DNA from: Camelus ferus
Lineage: Eukaryota
DNA length: 64,000 nt
Direction of reading: 5' to 3'
Assembly (NCBI RefSeq): GCF_009834535.1
Contig: NC_045697.1
Coordinates: 45,014,001-45,078,000, forward strand
Positions 62,211-64,000 of this stretch are shown piece after piece. A program made the translations under genes and the position numbers. The first letter of the stretch is position 1, and every line of letters starts with the position of its first letter. Below the pieces are notes generated by a model. It was not told where the DNA came from, made no database searches, and saw only the letters and a program-made list of their open reading frames with translations.

Positions 62211-64000
62211 TTACAAGAGGGGACAGAGTAGTCTGCATGCCCTTTGGTAAGTCACTTGGCATACAGTGTAGGTAGAAGGCAGAGCCTGGTACAGTAAGTA
62301 TCAGTTAAATGGATGAAAATGCTGGGTTGCTGACACTTGTCTCCCAAATCAAGCCTGGATGAGGAAGAAGAGATAAAGAGGCTACCTTCTATCTCTGAGG
62401 ATAAGGTGATGAACAGAACTCTGCCTAGCAGAGAACCCCATCTTGAATTCTAACATAGTAAACACAGATATCTATCATATCCTGAATTTTCGAGAAATTC
62501 TCCTTAGAACTGAGGCAAACAAATTCCTACTGAAAATATTCAAACTCAAACACCCATTATCTGGTCAAATAACATTTCTATTGACATTTATTGTATGTAA
62601 GTGCTGTCATCAGTTTGGAAAATTTATAACTATCCTTTGGTATTTGGCATAATATTCTATTCTCTCATCATCTGGAGTGGGTTTGGATTCCCTGGGACTC
62701 TGGGGAATCATCTTGGACTTCGGCTTTTGCTATAACTCTGTTACACAGGGTTTTATGGGAACAGTAAGTTGTTACCTCATACCCCATTCTAGATCCACTC
62801 TCCTTTTATTAACATAAAATAACACTTATGATTTTGGCTTAATAAATTAACCCTCTGAAACATCGACTGTTACTGCTACCACATGTTATTAGAGTCCATG
62901 TCATTTTTTCCCACCATCTCTTTCCTCAGAATGGCAGACAAAATAACATGCACATAGTAGGCAGGTAGTGCTTGTGCACTGACAGTTAAATGAATATGGA
63001 AGTTTAGTTTCATCTTACCCTTGTTCACAATGGTTGTTGAATAGTGTTCTATGCGAGTGACCTACTATATCTACTAAAGACAAAAAAATTTTAATCAATA
63101 CCATTAGCACTGTCCTATAAATGTTAAAGTAACCAGAGGTGAAAGTACATTTCCCTTATATTTGGTTTCCTGGATTCTCACTACCACCCAAGCAAAACCT
63201 AGGCTGACGTTTACTACAATAGGTCCATTGGTAAGAGTTCAACTGGATGAAAAATGCAGCCTGATTCAAAAGTACAAGAAGTCTTTCCATCCCAACATCC
63301 CTAACAGGCAAGATGACTGTATAAATGGCTTTATAAACTCCAAAGAGTTGGAATAAGATTAAACAAATATACTTATGCCAATGGCAGTTCAATTTATGTC
63401 CTCCTGTATGCATAGAAACCTATTCAATTCTGGCTCCCAAAACCTACTGGAAATAAGTGAAATGTGAACAATTAATATCTATAGAACATATTTTATTAGG
63501 CTTATAAAATTCATTAATTCAGAAACAGGTAGATGCCTATACACTAAGAAAATAGGAAACAGCAAACTTAAACAAAAATCATTCTTGTTCTGTGATCTTG
63601 CTTTACAGCTTATCTATAAAAGCTGAGATATATAACACAACATACATGGCCCAACTGCCCAAACATATCATGATGTACTTTTTTTTGGATATATTAATCA
63701 ATTTATTTGTCAATGACCAGCAAACCAGGAAACAGAAACCATCTTAGGGACAGGATGAGCTCTTCTTTGAACAGCACTCAACCTTTCACCTCCTCACCTC
63801 CCATTCAGTCCCTAGCCTTCTGGAGTCTGGCTTTGGTCCCTAATACTCTAGCAAAAGTCTTTTTATGGTCACCACTTACATCCTAATTGCCAAATTAGAA
63901 GTGCACATTTTATTGCTTACCTTACTAAAACTTACTGCGCTTTTAAATTTGTATCATGATGCACTTGATGGTAAAGTATGAGATAAATGTTTTGTTAACA

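Noticed and set aside
1..64000. CRISPR array, operon or other prokaryote-type system
   Set aside because: The sequence is mammalian, with no regularly spaced direct repeats and no long non-L1 ORFs.

Overview
Non-coding mammalian genomic DNA (AT-rich, CpG-depleted, dense in transposable elements), most likely camelid (alpaca, llama or camel). The assignment rests on five copies of a tRNA-Ala(AGC)-derived SINE resembling camelid Vic-1 and on young L1 3' ends. No host protein-coding exon could be recognised. The only ORFs with recognisable homology are L1 ORF2 C-terminal remnants (4011-4660, 5870-6313, 38030-38428), so the window looks intronic or intergenic. Several insertions resolve to the base through their target-site duplications (TSDs): three L1s, three Vic-1 copies, a MER54-like solo LTR interrupted by an L1, a MER34-like solo LTR and a MER63-like hAT. 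I found no convincing new biological system. The best leads are: a perfect 13-8-13 inverted repeat with loxP/FRT-like geometry (28900-28933); three adjacent hairpins with competing pairing (2046-2133); a triple metal-response-element cluster (14785-14828); an RFX X-box (54857-54870) about 2.2 kb upstream of a well-formed 84-nt candidate exon (57051-57134); and small non-repeat CpG-rich patches. Repeat family names come from remembered consensus sequences, not a database search. Boundaries of old repeats (MIR, L2, MLT, L1M) are approximate.
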